A stretch of DNA of 63,603 nt, counting the filler, from Octopus bimaculoides (Eukaryota): the NCBI RefSeq assembly GCF_001194135.2. It is 7 parts of 6 records of this genome, joined end to end, with 100 filler letters (N's around TTAATTAATTAA, not from the genome) between each part and the next. Parts side by side here need not be neighbours in the genome. Positions count along the whole stretch, not along the records: positions 1 to 14,761 come from NC_068988.1; 6 more parts are not named here. One strand, written 5' to 3'. A program made the translations under genes and the position numbers. Below are positions 1 through 12,683 of the stretch, piece after piece (the stretch's first letter is position 1; each line of letters starts with the position of its first letter). The notes beneath the pieces are model-generated. The model saw only the letters and a program-made list of their open reading frames with translations. It did no database searches and was not told where the DNA came from.

Positions 1-121
1 CTACGCAAAACACTTTCAATACAGTAAACATAAGAGCACCACAGCAAACCACAGCACATACCCAAGGCGCACAGAGCTGCGCTCGGTAGTGAAGTGAAAG
101 CACGTTATAAAAATAAAACTA

Positions 122-128
<7 letters not shown>
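1..128 (+). mobile_element. 3' end of a young R4/Dong-like RLE LINE followed by (AAT)n
   Basis: Almost identical to 43350-43474; followed by (AAT)n to about 240. Confidence 0.8.
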
Positions 129-213
<85 letters not shown>

Positions 214-260
214 TGATAATAATAATAATTATAATAATAATAAATAAATAAATAAATAAT

Positions 261-897
261 GGCATGCTAAACAGAATTGGGTGTGGATACAGCTGTTACA
301 ACAAAACAATCATCCACCTCTTATATATATGGATGATCTAAAACTACGCTATAAATAATAAACAGCTAGAAACATTATTACAGACAGTACATGGATTCAC
401 CAAAGAAATAAACATGAAATTTGGCTTGGAAAAATGTGCCCAAGCAACATTGAAAAGTGGAAAACTAGTTAAGAGTAGGGATCTTTTTGGTTTGACGGGC
501 AACATTTTTCATTTATGTTTTATGTAGTGATTTTGGTACCGAAACACTTTCAAACTTCGAATACCTGTATATTTTGTGTTATAGAACAGATAAAAAATTT
601 TGTATTCGAAGTTATTTCATGTAAAAAATTGTTGTAGTCAATGAAAAGAGTAGACGTGATACCAATAGTAATTGGTGCACTTGGAAGTATCAGCACTCAA
701 CTACCAACATGGCTGAAAAAGATTGGCGCAAGTGTGAAAGTGGAACACCTACAAAAATCAGCATTGCTTGAAACTGCAAGAATTCTTCGCAGTGTTCTTG
801 ACGCATGACCAGAAAACAAGTATCACCTTAGTCTGCTAGCTGTGGACAGCTGACATTTTCTATTATAGCCAACAAAATAACCTGTGAGTTTTCATAT
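261..897 (+). mobile_element. Degenerate R4/Dong-like LINE fragments (RT and RLE C-terminus)
   Basis: 261-478 encodes HLLYMDDLKL...MKFGLEKCAQATLKSGKL (RT, frameshifted). About 640-810 encodes IPIVIGALGSIS...LQKSALLETARILRSVL. An unrelated insert lies between them. Confidence 0.8.
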
Positions 898-1519
898 AAT
901 AATAATAATTGCCCTGATGCAGTACCAGGCAGTAGCTCTCATGGCTTTTCATCTTATCTGACTGGAATTGTTATCATGTACGCTGTTCTGCCTAAGTATA
1001 ACAGATGGGTTACAATAAATATTCTGCTGAATAACACAGATTTGTTTGTCAATCGTTTGAACTTAACCAGTTAAGCACGTGCCTTGATGGTTGATGATAT
1101 GTGCATCTCTGATCAGGAGCAGAAGTAGTGAGAGAGGCATTCTTTGAGGTTTGAATAATTTATCTCTGGAAGCATGGTTGTTTTGTTCAATATCCTTAAA
1201 CAAACGTTATTGATGAACCTTTTGAGCGGAATGAGCCTGAAGAAAATTCTAACTGGACCCCACGTGCAAGGTCAAGCGCTGTATATTTTGGTATGTGATA
1301 ACCATGTTGCGTGCATAAAGTTGTGATGCATGTGCCTGGTGTACCCATATTAGATGGGTATATTGGACTTCGTATATTTTACCTCAGTCACTTTGATGGC
1401 ATGCACTGATCTCTCGCTCCGTAATAATTAAGATATTCATTTATTCACATAATGCCTATTTAACTATTAACATTTAATTAATTTAATATTTGGAATTATT
1501 AGACGTATATTAGACGTAT

Positions 1520-1660
1520 GTATTCCTACACCTCTTTCTCTTCTATTGTTAATTAATTTGTGCTTGGCTGTAATGATCTGAAAAATTTCCTCAACGCATA
1601 AACCACACATTTTGTTTCCAATGTTATAAGATTTTATCCAGCTAATTAATGATAAAAATT
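1520..1660 (-). mobile_element. Penelope-like GIY-YIG endonuclease C-terminal relic
   Basis: KSYNIGNKMCGLCVEEIFQIITAKHKLINNRRE resembles the CxLCxxE...LxNxRxE end of Penelope-type endonucleases (from memory of the family). Confidence 0.5.
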
Positions 1661-2447
1661 GCAATAAATGTTGAAATTCTCAAAACTAGATAAGTAGAAG
1701 TTACATAAATATATTGATTTGGATTCTTGTTAATATATATTTTTTATTTTTATTCTTTTCAAAAGCGAGTAGAGATAGGAGTAGTAGCCAGCCTTTACAA
1801 AACCGACCTAGATGGTTTGACCTTGTTCCTCAAAACTACAACTAGCTGTTGTCCACTGTGGTCGTAGTTTAACCTCTAGCTACTTTCAGAAAGGAATCCA
1901 AAAACGCACATGCTGACATACACAAGCACACAAAAGCATGCTGCTATCTCAGTCTGTAAGAAAGTCTCCACCCACTTGGATATGAACGAATAGTTGTCAA
2001 CTTTTGCCCTGAAGAGATTTTTCCCTTTTAAATGCTAATGCAATCTTAATTGCAAAATATGAATGAAGGTAAGAAATTGAAACGTACGTAGGCGATATGA
2101 CATTGACTATTATATAAATAAATTGATTTTTATCTGTTTTCAGACTCTCCATTTTTCTTATATTATATTATTAAAATTCTATCATCCTATATAGAATGGA
2201 TAAAAACATTTATAATGATAGCTTGGAATTCATAAGTGTTAACACTAATACTAACACTAATTTATGAAATCGAAAGTATTTCAATTTATTGAAAGTATAA
2301 TTAACTTTAAGAATTATTTCTAGGTATAATGAAGTATTATTCACACGTGTTTATTCAATTATATCTATTGTAATTTATTGAATGTATATTTAAATTTATG
2401 AACACAATAGGGACCTCCTTCTCTCTTGTGGTTGATTGATTTGTTTC

Positions 2448-2630
2448 ACCTTCAGGGATAGGATAAATACCTTTAGGCATAGGAAAACGACGCAAGCACT
2501 CGTCTGAGTAAACTAATTTGAGCGATTAAAGATAAGGACTATAATCTTAAGTGGGAAATGATTAGCTTAGCAAAATCTTATAGCATTGGAACAAGATATG
2601 TAAACATTGCGTCGACGTGTATTTCTTATT
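2448..2630 (+). mobile_element. Penelope-like GIY-YIG endonuclease relic, opposite orientation
   Basis: STRLSKLI*AIKDKDYNLKWEMISLAKSYSIG, then frameshifted CKHCVD. Nucleotide similarity to the 1570-1635 minus-strand copy (aaaatcttata.cattgga). Confidence 0.5.
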
Positions 2631-3788
2631 TAGTACAGGTACGTTTCATTTATGAGGACGTACTCTTGGATTAATCATAGTGATAGGTCCATCGAGTGCT
2701 TGGATAAAATGTGCATGTCACGTCGACGTACACGCATACATACATACATGCATACACACATACATGCATGCATACGTAGATACATGCATACATACAGACA
2801 AACATACATAGACAAGCACACCTTCTCACTGGCGCACACATATGTGCACAAACAGACGAAAGTAATGCAGCTTCGATAACGGACTGGGTGAACATCCATT
2901 GACAAGTTTGCAAATGCAACGAAAATTTTGGAAAAGAAAAAAAAAATAAATGAGTGGAAATTGAACCAGTGAGTGTGTTAGATATTAAGGCAATATGACT
3001 CTCCCTAGACACAATATATATATATATATATANNNNNNNNNNNNNNNNNNNNNNNNNNNNNNNNNNNNNNNNNNNNNNNNNNNNNNNNNNNNNNNNNNNN
3101 NNNNNNNNNNNNNNNNNNNNNNNNNNNNNNNNNNNNNNNNNNNNNNNNNNNNNNNNNNNNNNNNNNNNNNNNNNNNNNNNNNNNNNNNNNNNNNNNNNNN
3201 NNNNNNNNNNNNNNNNNNNNNNNNNNNNNNNNNNNNNNNNNNNNNNNNNNNNNNNNNNNNNNNNNNNNNNNNNNNNNNNNNNNNNNNNNNNNNNNNNNNN
3301 NNNNNNNNNNNNNNNNNNNNNNNNNNNNNNNNNNNNNNNNNNNNNNNNNNNNNNNNNNNNNNNNNNNNNNNNNNNNNNNNNNNNNNNNNNNNNNNNNNNN
3401 NNNNNNNNNNNNNNNNNNNNNNNNNNNNNNNNNNNNNNNNNNNNNNNNNNNNNNNNNNNNNNNNNNNNNNNNNNNNNNNNNNNNNNNNNNNNNNNNNNNN
3501 NNNNNNNNNNNNNNNNNNNNNNNNNNNNNNNNNNNNNNNNNNNNNNNNNNNNNNNNNNNATATATATATATATATATATATATACATACATACATACATA
3601 CACATACACACACACACATATACATATCGCACGTGCAGACACATTTAAATATACATACTTAGGCATATACACTGAGGTTTACACAGATATACACACGTGG
3701 TAGAGTTTGATTTTAGTGTTCGAATCATTGCACATGCTTTTAGCATATGTGTATATGTGTGCGTGTGAAATATACTCATATATCTTAC

Positions 3789-3991
3789 CTTTAAAAGTGT
3801 AGTCTCATTCTTGATGATCCTGGTTTCTTGGTAGTTGAAATCGTAATTGTCATCATACGCAATATCAGGCAGCTTTTTACCATTGCGATAATGATGAAGC
3901 CTTATCTTTCTGCCTGCCAAGTGTGCATGAAGTATAACAGCTATCATCTGAACTCCGTCCCTATTCCATTGGATATTTTTTCAGGTTTAAT
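3789..3991 (-). CDS. MOXD1: MOXD1/DBH-like exon with apparent 1-nt frameshift: ...DGVQMIAVILHAHLAGRKIRLHHYRNGKKLPDIAYDDNYDFNYQETRIIKNETTLLK
   Basis: The HAH CuM motif and YDDNYDFNYQE are clear; donor AAG|GTAAGA ends the exon at 3789. The best acceptor (ttattctcaAG at 3992-3993) gives 203 nt, not a multiple of 3. The 5' boundary is uncertain. Confidence 0.8.
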
Positions 3992-4254
3992 CTTGAGAAT
4001 AACATGAAATAAGAATATCTTAAATAGTTGTTTCTAGCACAGGTACAAGGACATATATTGTTTGGTTGGCGGGGTGAGTCAAATAAACTGACGCCAGTAC
4101 TTGTCTGACTTAGTTTTGTGAGAAATTTGTTGTTGTTTGTCCCTTTAAGAAAGCTATATATATAGAAGATATAATGTAGTCAATCTAATTAGCCACTATG
4201 CTAGACTGGTATTTGTTTTATCTGCTCATGTGATCCGTATATTGAACTGCTATG

Positions 4255-4560
4255 TCTACCCTGTGTTAATGTATGAAAGTGGGGCATGGTTTATAACATC
4301 AGAAATGAGAAGGTGCTTGAACAGCTGTAAAATATGGTTCTTAAGGAGAATATTGAGATGAACGAAAAGATTGAAGGGAAAAGAAACGAGAATGGATAAG
4401 GATGATATGGATGTCAAGCTTGAGGGACTGGTTTGAATAAAAGCATTAAACATCAGGATATGGAACTGTTATAGAGCAGAATATTCTGTAAGAACATGGT
4501 CTAACATTCTGGACATGGCACCTAAAGAAGGAGACTGGAGAGTTTGAATGGAATTGAAGA
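4255..4560 (+). mobile_element. Degenerate RTE-like LINE fragment (post-RT region)
   Basis: LMYESGAWFITSEMRRCLNSCKIWFLRRILR resembles the RTE LLYGSETW...EMWFLRRML motif. Confidence 0.55.
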
Positions 4561-5021
4561 ATAAACTCGACAGTAAAATTACGCCAGTAATTCATGCATT
4601 TCCACAAAATCATATTCATGCAAACGAATAGTATAATGGTTATATTTATTCTAATATTCCTCGACGAACGAAACACTGCAGAACAGAATGAAATCTAGGG
4701 TTATATAATTTCATATGTTAAAGGAACGTAATTAAATACAAGTTGTTTGTTTTGACACTCTATTGATTCAGTCAATCCTGTATGTAATTCGATATCAATA
4801 TATCTCATCATGGTTATATATTATCCCTAGTAAAATAATTTAGAGAAAACAGGAGTTTGGTGTAAAAAAATAAGAAATTAACACTGAAGAAGTCGAGTTT
4901 TCTGACCTAATTTCAATTTATGTCATTAAAAATTTCACTATGAATTCATTTATTGTGCAAACGGTGTAGCAAAAAACCTTATTTCACAAGACTTTATAAA
5001 GACAAAGAATGAAACACTTAC

Positions 5022-5188
5022 CATAGACTCACACGCCTCACAGTGTCCATAATATTTGAATTCTTTAGCATAAGGTGGAATTAATTCATAAGGAGGTCTC
5101 ACATTACATCCAACTTCTAAAACTCCAGCTTCGTATTGTCGCTTAGTTTTAGTTACAGTCAGTTTCAGTCCAGAAGAATCCAGAAAAC
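5022..5188 (-). CDS. MOXD1: MOXD1/DBH-like exon: (G)FLDSSGLKLTVTKTKRQYEAGVLEVGCNVRPPYELIPPYAKEFKYYGHCEACESM
   Basis: ccttattgtAG|GT TTT...ATG|GTAAGT; 167 nt, phase 1/0, matching the previous exon; DSSG..R.Y.AGVL..G...IPP....F...GHC family signature. Confidence 0.93.
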
Positions 5189-5339
5189 CTACAATAAGGA
5201 GAGAGATCAAATAGAAATATCTTCATTACAAAAATTAAAAGGTAAGGAAAACAATGAAGTTAATGAGAGGGCGAGTTGAAAGCTAATCACATGATAGAAT
5301 ATGCTAAAATAGAGAGTTAGTCAAATGGAAATAAATATT

Positions 5340-5553
5340 CTTTTCTACTCTAGGCACAAGGCCCGAAATTTTTTGGGGAGGTGGCCAGTCGATTAGATCG
5401 ACCCCAGTATGCAACTGGTACTTAATTTATCGACCCCGAAAGGATAAAAGGCAAAGTCGACCTCGCGGAATTTGAACTCAGAACATAAAGACAGATGAAA
5501 TACCACTAAGCATTTCGCCCGGTGTGCTAACGATTCTGCCAGCTCGTCCCCTT
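5340..5553 (-). mobile_element. tRNA-derived SINE family A with 15-bp target site duplication
   Basis: Full-length ~214-bp copy; ATGGAAATAAATATT at 5325-5339 and 5554-5568. Confidence 0.9.
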
Positions 5554-5698
5554 ATGGAAATAAATATTAAATATGAGAATACATTGAACAAGAAAATAGA
5601 AAGAACATATCAGTATGTGAAAAAGGGGAGTATATCAAACAAAGCTATCATGTAAAACAAACGACTATATCAAACATGGGGAACAAATATGAACCTAC

Positions 5699-5801
5699 CT
5701 TCCGTCTCCAAAGGATTATCGTAGTGAATTTCCAGTAAATAATATAGAGGATCCTCTTCACCTCCAATTGATATTCCAGTATGTTTAGGGAGAGTGAAGC
5801 T
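5699..5801 (-). CDS. MOXD1: MOXD1/DBH-like exon: SFTLPKHTGISIGGEEDPLYYLLEIHYDNPLETE(G)
   Basis: catctcttAG|AGC...GAA G|GTAGGT; 103 nt, phase 0/1; LEIHYDNP carries the third CuH histidine, and HYDNP is MOXD1-like (DBH has HYHNP). Absent from the supplied ORF track. Confidence 0.93.
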
Positions 5802-6385
5802 CTAAGAGATGCAAACGTATATGTATATTCAAATATGAATTAGAAGCTGCGCTAGTGTTTTCAACATTATCGAGCACACATAGACAATGTACGTGATTTG
5901 CTAGTTCACCGGTAGGCCGCATAAAGTGCGGTACAGATGACTCCATCAAAGCGACGGGTAGTAAAACACCGGAAAATCATAGACAGACGAGACAACTCAA
6001 CCCAAATCTCAACAGAGAGCAATGGACATCGATGTTTTGCCCTTTTTATGACTTAACAATATTACGTACCCAAACTAAATTTGGATTTGGAGATTGTTGT
6101 CTCACTTGTCTATGACTTTCAGGTGTTATAACTCCCAGCGTTTTGATGGAGTCATCTCCACTGTGCCTAGCTACCTACAGGTGAACAAGCAAAGCACATA
6201 CATTGGCTATATGTGTTCAATGATGATGATGATGATGATGTGTGTGTGTGCGAGCGTGCGTGTGTGCATGGCATAATTAAAAACAAGCAAATTGATATTA
6301 TTCGTGTTCTTCAGTACAAATAAGCAACGGATACATTTTTATCAATTACTAAAAATGCAAAAATTAACTATCTATTTTCCTCTCT

Positions 6386-6496
<111 letters not shown>

Positions 6497-7264
6497 ACTT
6501 TTCTATACTTAAAGACGTACGCACAGACATTCATGCAGGCGTAAGTAGAAAATTTGAACTTGGAAAAAGTTGCATAGAACTTAAATTACATTTTCACACT
6601 CATAAATTTTCAAGTAATTCTTAAATTCTTAAGTATATAACGTGTTACTGAAAGCGTCAATTCAACATAATAGTACATTTTTTAATTTTCAAGGCATATA
6701 ATAAATTTGCCTAATTTCTGAAAGTGCTTAGAACCTTAAGTAAATAGTCACCTGTAACATTACAAAAACTCTAGTGATGCACATTTATCTACCTTGGGTC
6801 AACCATCTCAAAAATGTCAAGACATTACACTGCGCTTGTTAACGTAAAAAAATCTGAACGTAGCTACAACAAAACTGACAAAGTAATATTAATCCAACAT
6901 GATAGCAATTTATCTTTAGATTTTGTCCTCACTCAAACTTTATATGATTTGCCTTAAAACAAAGCCAGTATTTTATTAAGTGATATTGGAATTAAGTGAT
7001 TATTTAGATATCCGAATTCATTTAGAGTAAGACTATCCGACTATTTGATAAAGACTCGCTAAAAATCCTGTTACAAACGCTGACCTGTAGAATACATTGT
7101 TTGCTTTGTATTGTTGTGACTGTCACAACTGTATATTTTCGGCTACAATATACATTCTCTTCATTCTCTACTCCAAAACCTGTCGAACGTTCCAACTTTG
7201 ATCGCAGAAATTGAAACCTTACCAACGGGATTTTTACAAACAATTCTGTTTTAAAGTAACTTAC

Positions 7265-7447
7265 CGAGCCTCCAATTGCCCATGCATTTAGTACTGTCCG
7301 ACAATTATTCCAGTCATTCGGCATATTTTGTGAATAGCATCTTGTTTGATATCCTATATGAATTCCTTCTGAAGTGTTTTTGTAGCATCCATATAGTAAT
7401 ATATGGTGAACAAAAGCTTCATTTTCTTCTTGAATGTAAGGAGATAT
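7265..7447 (-). CDS. MOXD1: MOXD1/DBH-like exon: ISPYIQEENEAFVHHILLYGC...CRTVLNAWAIGGS
   Basis: ttttgcAG|ATA...TCG|GTAAGT; 183 nt, phase 0/0; contains VHH (two CuH histidines) and WAIGG, typical of DBH/MOXD1. Confidence 0.95.
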
Positions 7448-7579
7448 CTGCAAAAAGATAATTATTCAGAAGAAGCAAATCAATGCTTTTTTATATGACC
7501 TTAAGCAATAATCATTATATAAAATATCTGAGAAAAGAGAGAGAATGAAAAAATATGAAGTAACAGAAAATATTAAATA

Positions 7580-9096
7580 ACATGGAGGCCAAAGCTGCAC
7601 GCATACGCTGTTTTGAAAAACGATCTTGGTTCCTCAGTGATAATATGTTTAAAAATAACCCGAAGAAATTCTATTGCCACTTTGGAAAGAGCACAGTCAA
7701 AATAGAAACCTGAATCAAAACAGAAATACTTGAGTTTACTAGAGTTTAGGCAGATGAGAATGAGCATGAATTAACAACTAAAAACAATATACTGAGCTTA
7801 CAGAAGGACAAACATGGAAGATTACATTAAAAAAGTTCAGTAAATGGAAGTCAGTTGGTAAGCTGTCAGCTGTACAAGATTCTTACATCTGGCCTAATAG
7901 AATGCATGCATGCTTTCCTCATAAAAATAGCATTTCCTGTGATGAGCATAAAAGCTGTAAACGTAGGATATATCAATGCATGGATAAACTATTAATTAAC
8001 AAAATGATTCAAGATTATTGCCACAACAGGAAAACATCTTGCAGAGGCTTGAATAGACTACACGAAGACTTTTGATAGTCCTCCACCCTGATGGATAAAG
8101 AAATACCGGGAGACATTCGAAATTTCATCAACAATCAGGAATTGTTTTTAATCTCATATCATGAAGCTCTTGAAAACTACATTAATTCTCGTCACGGACA
8201 GTACAACTCTAAACTCCGGAGAAGTCAATATTAATTGTGTTTTTATCCACAATTAACGCTGACTTCTCCAGAGTTTACAGCTGAATATTCCCGGTGACTC
8301 ACTATTTCCTTTGCAATTTTGTTTAGTACTGTTACGCCAAACTAAATTCTTGATGAAACAAACTATGGATACATCAGTCATCTTCCCTTTATGAATGACT
8401 TGAAAGTGTTTGTGAAAATTGATTTACAACTGCATGCACACCTTCATTCAGTCAAATAATTTAGTGATGAGATCAAAATGGAATTGGAGTTTCATTGTAG
8501 CCTTGGCACATTTATGAATGGAAAGCTATCAAACATATGTAACATCACCCTAAATAGAGATACCGAAATAAAAATATTAGAATATCAGTCAAGCTATGAA
8601 TAGGTGTCTGAGAAGGAGATGGAAGTAAACGCTCACTAATGAGAGGAAAGGTAAGAAAGGAGTGCTACGGTAGAGTAAGAACTATTCTGAAAACCAGGTT
8701 GAATGCCAGGAACAAAGTTAAGACCATGAACATGTTAGACCTGGCCTGTAATTGCATTTAGTTTCAATCTTATAAACTGGTCCATGTCTGAAATCAAGAA
8801 AGGTGATGTCTAAATCTGAAAGCTGATGACAGTGCGTCACATGCATCGCCCAAAAGCAGACATGGACAGAGTATACGTTCAGAGAAAAGCAGGCGGTCGG
8901 GGGTTAATATAACGTAAACTCTGAATGAAAATTATAACCATGGGACATTCTGCCTACATGCAGCCACCAAACAACTGGATGTTAAAGCTGAAAATACCAA
9001 AAAGCTGCATTGTGACGAGAAACAAAAACATGCGTTCGAGAAATTTTGCTAGATGAAGCAAACGAAGAAAATGTGTCCCCAACTGACAAGGCAAAA

Positions 9097-9143
<47 letters not shown>

Positions 9144-9500
9144 AAAACGATATAGTCAAACAAACCAGCCTCATAAACACAAAGGAGAAACGAAAGCAAA
9201 AACCACTGCATGGCAAATATTTGACTTGAGTCAAGGACCTGATGTGAACCAAATCCTTACTCATAAGTGCCTGTCATGGTGTGGTTTCAAATCAGGAGCT
9301 GAAGAGTATATTATTGCTGCTCAAAATCAGTGACTTCCAGCTAGAAAGTAGTTGGAAGGCACTGATTACTGGAGTAATGTTCTGGAACATCATAGCCCAT
9401 TAGAGAAGAACATTCAGAGACATTCAACCATTTAATCTTTAGAGGTGACCAACTAGCACCAACAGAGTGCTCCCAAAAACATGACAGGGATTCTCAGTAG
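7580..9500 (+). mobile_element. Degenerate R4/Dong-like LINE (RT pseudogene)
   Basis: AKAARIRCFEKR..DNMFKNNPKKFY, a degraded AWIDYKKAFDS-like motif, ISHLPFMNDLKVF and IIAAQNQ; many stops and frameshifts; (AAAT)n insert near 9094-9143. Confidence 0.85.
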
Positions 9501-9540
9501 ATGCACTGAAACAAATAATACTAACAACAATAACAATAAT

Positions 9541-10215
9541 CCTTCCTTCTATAGGTACAGGACCTGATATTTGGGGGAGAAGGCAAGCTATTACATCAAT
9601 CTCACTACTCAACTGGCACTTATTTTATCGATCCCGAAAGGTTTAAAAGCAAAGTCGACCTTGCCAGAATTTGAGCTCAGAACGTTAAAACAAATGAAAC
9701 ATTGCTAAGCATTTTGTCCGGTGTTCTAATGATTCTGCTAGCTCCTCAGTTGATGATGATGATGATGATCTTTTCTACTAAAGGCACCAGGACGGAAATT
9801 TAGGGAGAGGGACCAGTTTATTATATTGACCTCAGTATGCAACTGGTACTTGTTCCTTCGATCCCGAAAGGATGAAAAGCAAAGTTGGCCTCGGCGGAAT
9901 TTGAACTCAAAACCTAAGGATTGACGAAAGGTTGTAAAGCATTTTATCCGGCGTGCTAACGATTCTGCCAGCTCGCCGCCTTGATGATGAGGATGAGGAT
10001 GATTATGATGATAATCATGATTTCAAATTTTGGCACTAGGCCAGTAATTCGGGGGAGGGAGGTCGATTTGATTGACCCCAGTGTTCAACTGGTACTTATC
10101 TTATCGACTGTGAAAGAATAAAAGGCAAAGTCGACCTCGAAGGTATTTGAACTCAGTACGTAAAGACGGGCGAAATGCCGCTAAGCGTTTTGCCCGGTTT
10201 GCTAACAACTGTGCC
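9541..10215 (-). mobile_element. Three tandem family-A SINE copies (about 9541-9745, 9770-9981, 10020-10215)
   Basis: Each repeats the ggcaaagtcgacc...tttgaactcagaac...gctaacgattctgccagctc pattern of 5340-5553. Confidence 0.85.
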
Positions 10216-10219
10216 ACCA

Positions 10220-11098
10220 CAAATGAACTGGCCAAATATCTTGAAACATCTAATGACTAGATGCTAAACCTGTTCAAAATCACGAGATGCGTAAGAAGCT
10301 TCATTCAGTCATGGAAGAGAGCAAAAAAATTGTTACTGAAATTGTGCATAATATCCACGTTGAACAGTACGGTAACTGTTGTTACAAAGAAGGGGAAATC
10401 AATAGCAAAGAAAAAAAGCGTATAAATAATTGGATGATAGGTGGGGGCAGAAACCTCTACATAGTAAATATTTGGGCCATAGAAAACAAGCTGATGTAGA
10501 CCAAAAACCTGTCAGTGACTACGGAACTCAGGGCTAAAGGCAGAGAAAGAACGCTTCATCTTAACTGCTCAATATCAAAACTTATTGATCCGGAACAATC
10601 AAGCCAATGTGATGAAAAATAGAGTAGATCCAAAGTGCCTATTCTGCAATGATGTGAAGTTTTAGCACTAGTGGAGTATAAATCAGGACATGACAGACTT
10701 GGCCAATATCTACAGTGGTTACTATGTCAGCATTATGAAATTAAAACTGTTGATAAGTTGTGTAAGCACTAGCTGATGCTCTAACTGAGGAAGAAAATGT
10801 AACGATTCTTTGTGATTTTCCAGTACATACGGACAGTCAAAGTCAATCGGATTTTGTGAAAGACCAAAGGAATAAAGTTTGTTTACTGATCAACGTAAGT
10901 ATTCCTTATGATCATAATATCTCGGCAAAAGAATTTGGCAACTTCAGAAAGTATAAGGATTTACTCATTGAAATCGAAAACATGTGGCATCTCAAGACGG
11001 TTACAATACTAGTGATTATAGTAGCACTCGGAGTAATTGAAGAAAGAACTGAAAATTATTTGAAAATGATCCCTGGCTTACCACCAATTCCAAAATAA
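10220..11098 (+). mobile_element. Degenerate R4/Dong-like LINE C-terminus (zinc knuckle and RLE)
   Basis: ORF 10856-11098 CLLINVSIPYDHNISAKE...KYKDLLIEIENMWHLKTVTI; upstream KCLFC and ENVTILCDFPVHTD. Confidence 0.8.
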
Positions 11099-11267
11099 AG
11101 TCTTTGTTCAATTCATGAGCATCTTGTCAATTTACCGTATAATTTATGTATCATATCAATATGTATATATAATATCAATATGCGTAACACATTTGGCAGC
11201 AGAAAACCGCTTGGAGAACATTTTTTCTGCTAGTTGCCATAATCAACTTCATTGCTATTTTTCTTTT

Positions 11268-11320
<53 letters not shown>

Positions 11321-11344
11321 TTTCTTCTTCTTCTTCTTCTTCTT

Positions 11345-11435
<91 letters not shown>

Positions 11436-11625
11436 NNNNNNNNNNNNNNNNNNNNNNNNNNNNNNNNNNNNNNNNNNNNNNNNNNNNNNNNNNNNNNNNN
11501 NNNNNNNNNNNNNNNNNNNNNNNNNNNNNNNNNNNNNNNNNNNNNNNNNNNNNNNNNNNNNNNNNNNNNNNNNNNNNNNNNNNNNNNNNNNNNNNNNNNN
11601 NNNNNNNNNNNNNNNNNNNNNNNNN

Positions 11626-11853
11626 NTGTATTTGTCTGAATATTTTTTTATTATACCTAAGGCACCTACTATGATAGGAATTGTTTCTGTTTTTAGATTC
11701 CACATTCGAGTTATCTCTATTTCCAGGTCTTTGTATTTTGAAAGTTTTTCCATTTCTTTTAGAGAAACGTTGTCATCTGCTGGTATTGAAACATCAATTA
11801 GAAGGCATTTTTTTCCTTCATGATCTTTGACAACTATATCTGGTCTATTTGCC

Positions 11854-11855
<2 letters not shown>
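11626..11855 (-). mobile_element. Young R4/Dong-like LINE 3' fragment (RLE domain), running into a gap
   Basis: RPDIVVKDHE.KKCLLIDVSIP.DDNVSLKEMEKLSKYKDLEIEITRMWNLKTETIPIIVGALG; near-identical to 43143-43280. Confidence 0.9.
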
Positions 11856-11913
<58 letters not shown>

Positions 11914-11916
<3 letters not shown>

Positions 11917-12680
11917 TAGTCTTATGTTATCACTTATTTTTTATCATTATTATTCTCTTTATCACAGGTTTTGTTGGAACTCCTGGAGTCTTGCATTCGC
12001 AGCCTACGTTATCATGCTTTTCGTTCTTTGTAACTATCTAATACTCTCCTGCTTATTCTGACCGTGGCAAGGAGACAAACATTTTGTAACACCTCTACTG
12101 GGCACTCTATTCCAATTTCCTTGATGCCTTCTGATACTGTTCCCAAGGATTCAGCAATAATTGGCACTATTTTCACCTTCATCATTTTCCATAGCAGGGC
12201 TATTTGGTACTTAAGAGGGTTGTATATGTCTATCTTTTCGCCTTCCTTCTTGAATATTCATGGGTCAAAGGGGTATGCAGCGTCAACTACATAGCATATG
12301 TGGTGTACCTTGTTCACCACCACTAGGTTCAGTCTGTTATGCTCTAACACCTGAACTGTTTGGATTTGGAAATCCCAGAGGATTTTGCTAGTCTCCGATT
12401 CTGCCACCCTCTGTGGTTTGTGCTCATACCACGTCTTGCCTCTCTCTAGCCCCTACTTTCCGCATAGTCTCCAGTGAAGCACTTTCGCTACCTGGTCGGG
12501 TCGCCACAACTTGTAGTGGTTTGGGACAAGTCTAGGACATTCGTTCGTGATATGGGCAATGGTTTCCACCACTCTATTGCAGAGGCGGCACCGCGGAGAC
12601 ACTTGCTTATTCCTCAGGCTGATCCTCCAATTCGTTGCCAGAGATTGGTCCTGCGCTGCCAGTATAGCGCTCTCGGTCTC

Positions 12681-12683
<3 letters not shown>
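11914..12683 (-). mobile_element. 5'-truncated R4/Dong-like LINE, second subfamily
   Basis: ETESAILAAQDQ...CRLC...ETIAHITNEC...LHWRLC...ILWDFQIQT; bounded by (ATT)n on both sides. Confidence 0.9.

Noticed and set aside
1860-3010. Candidate downstream monooxygenase exons after AG sites near 2009 and 3006 (minus strand)
   Set aside because: The phase-0 frames stop within a few codons and no GDxL or EMC motif is present.
3981-3983. In-frame TGA upstream of the HAH motif as possible selenocysteine
   Set aside because: An in-frame TAA (3987-3989) precedes it, the position is not a conserved Cys, and no SECIS is visible.
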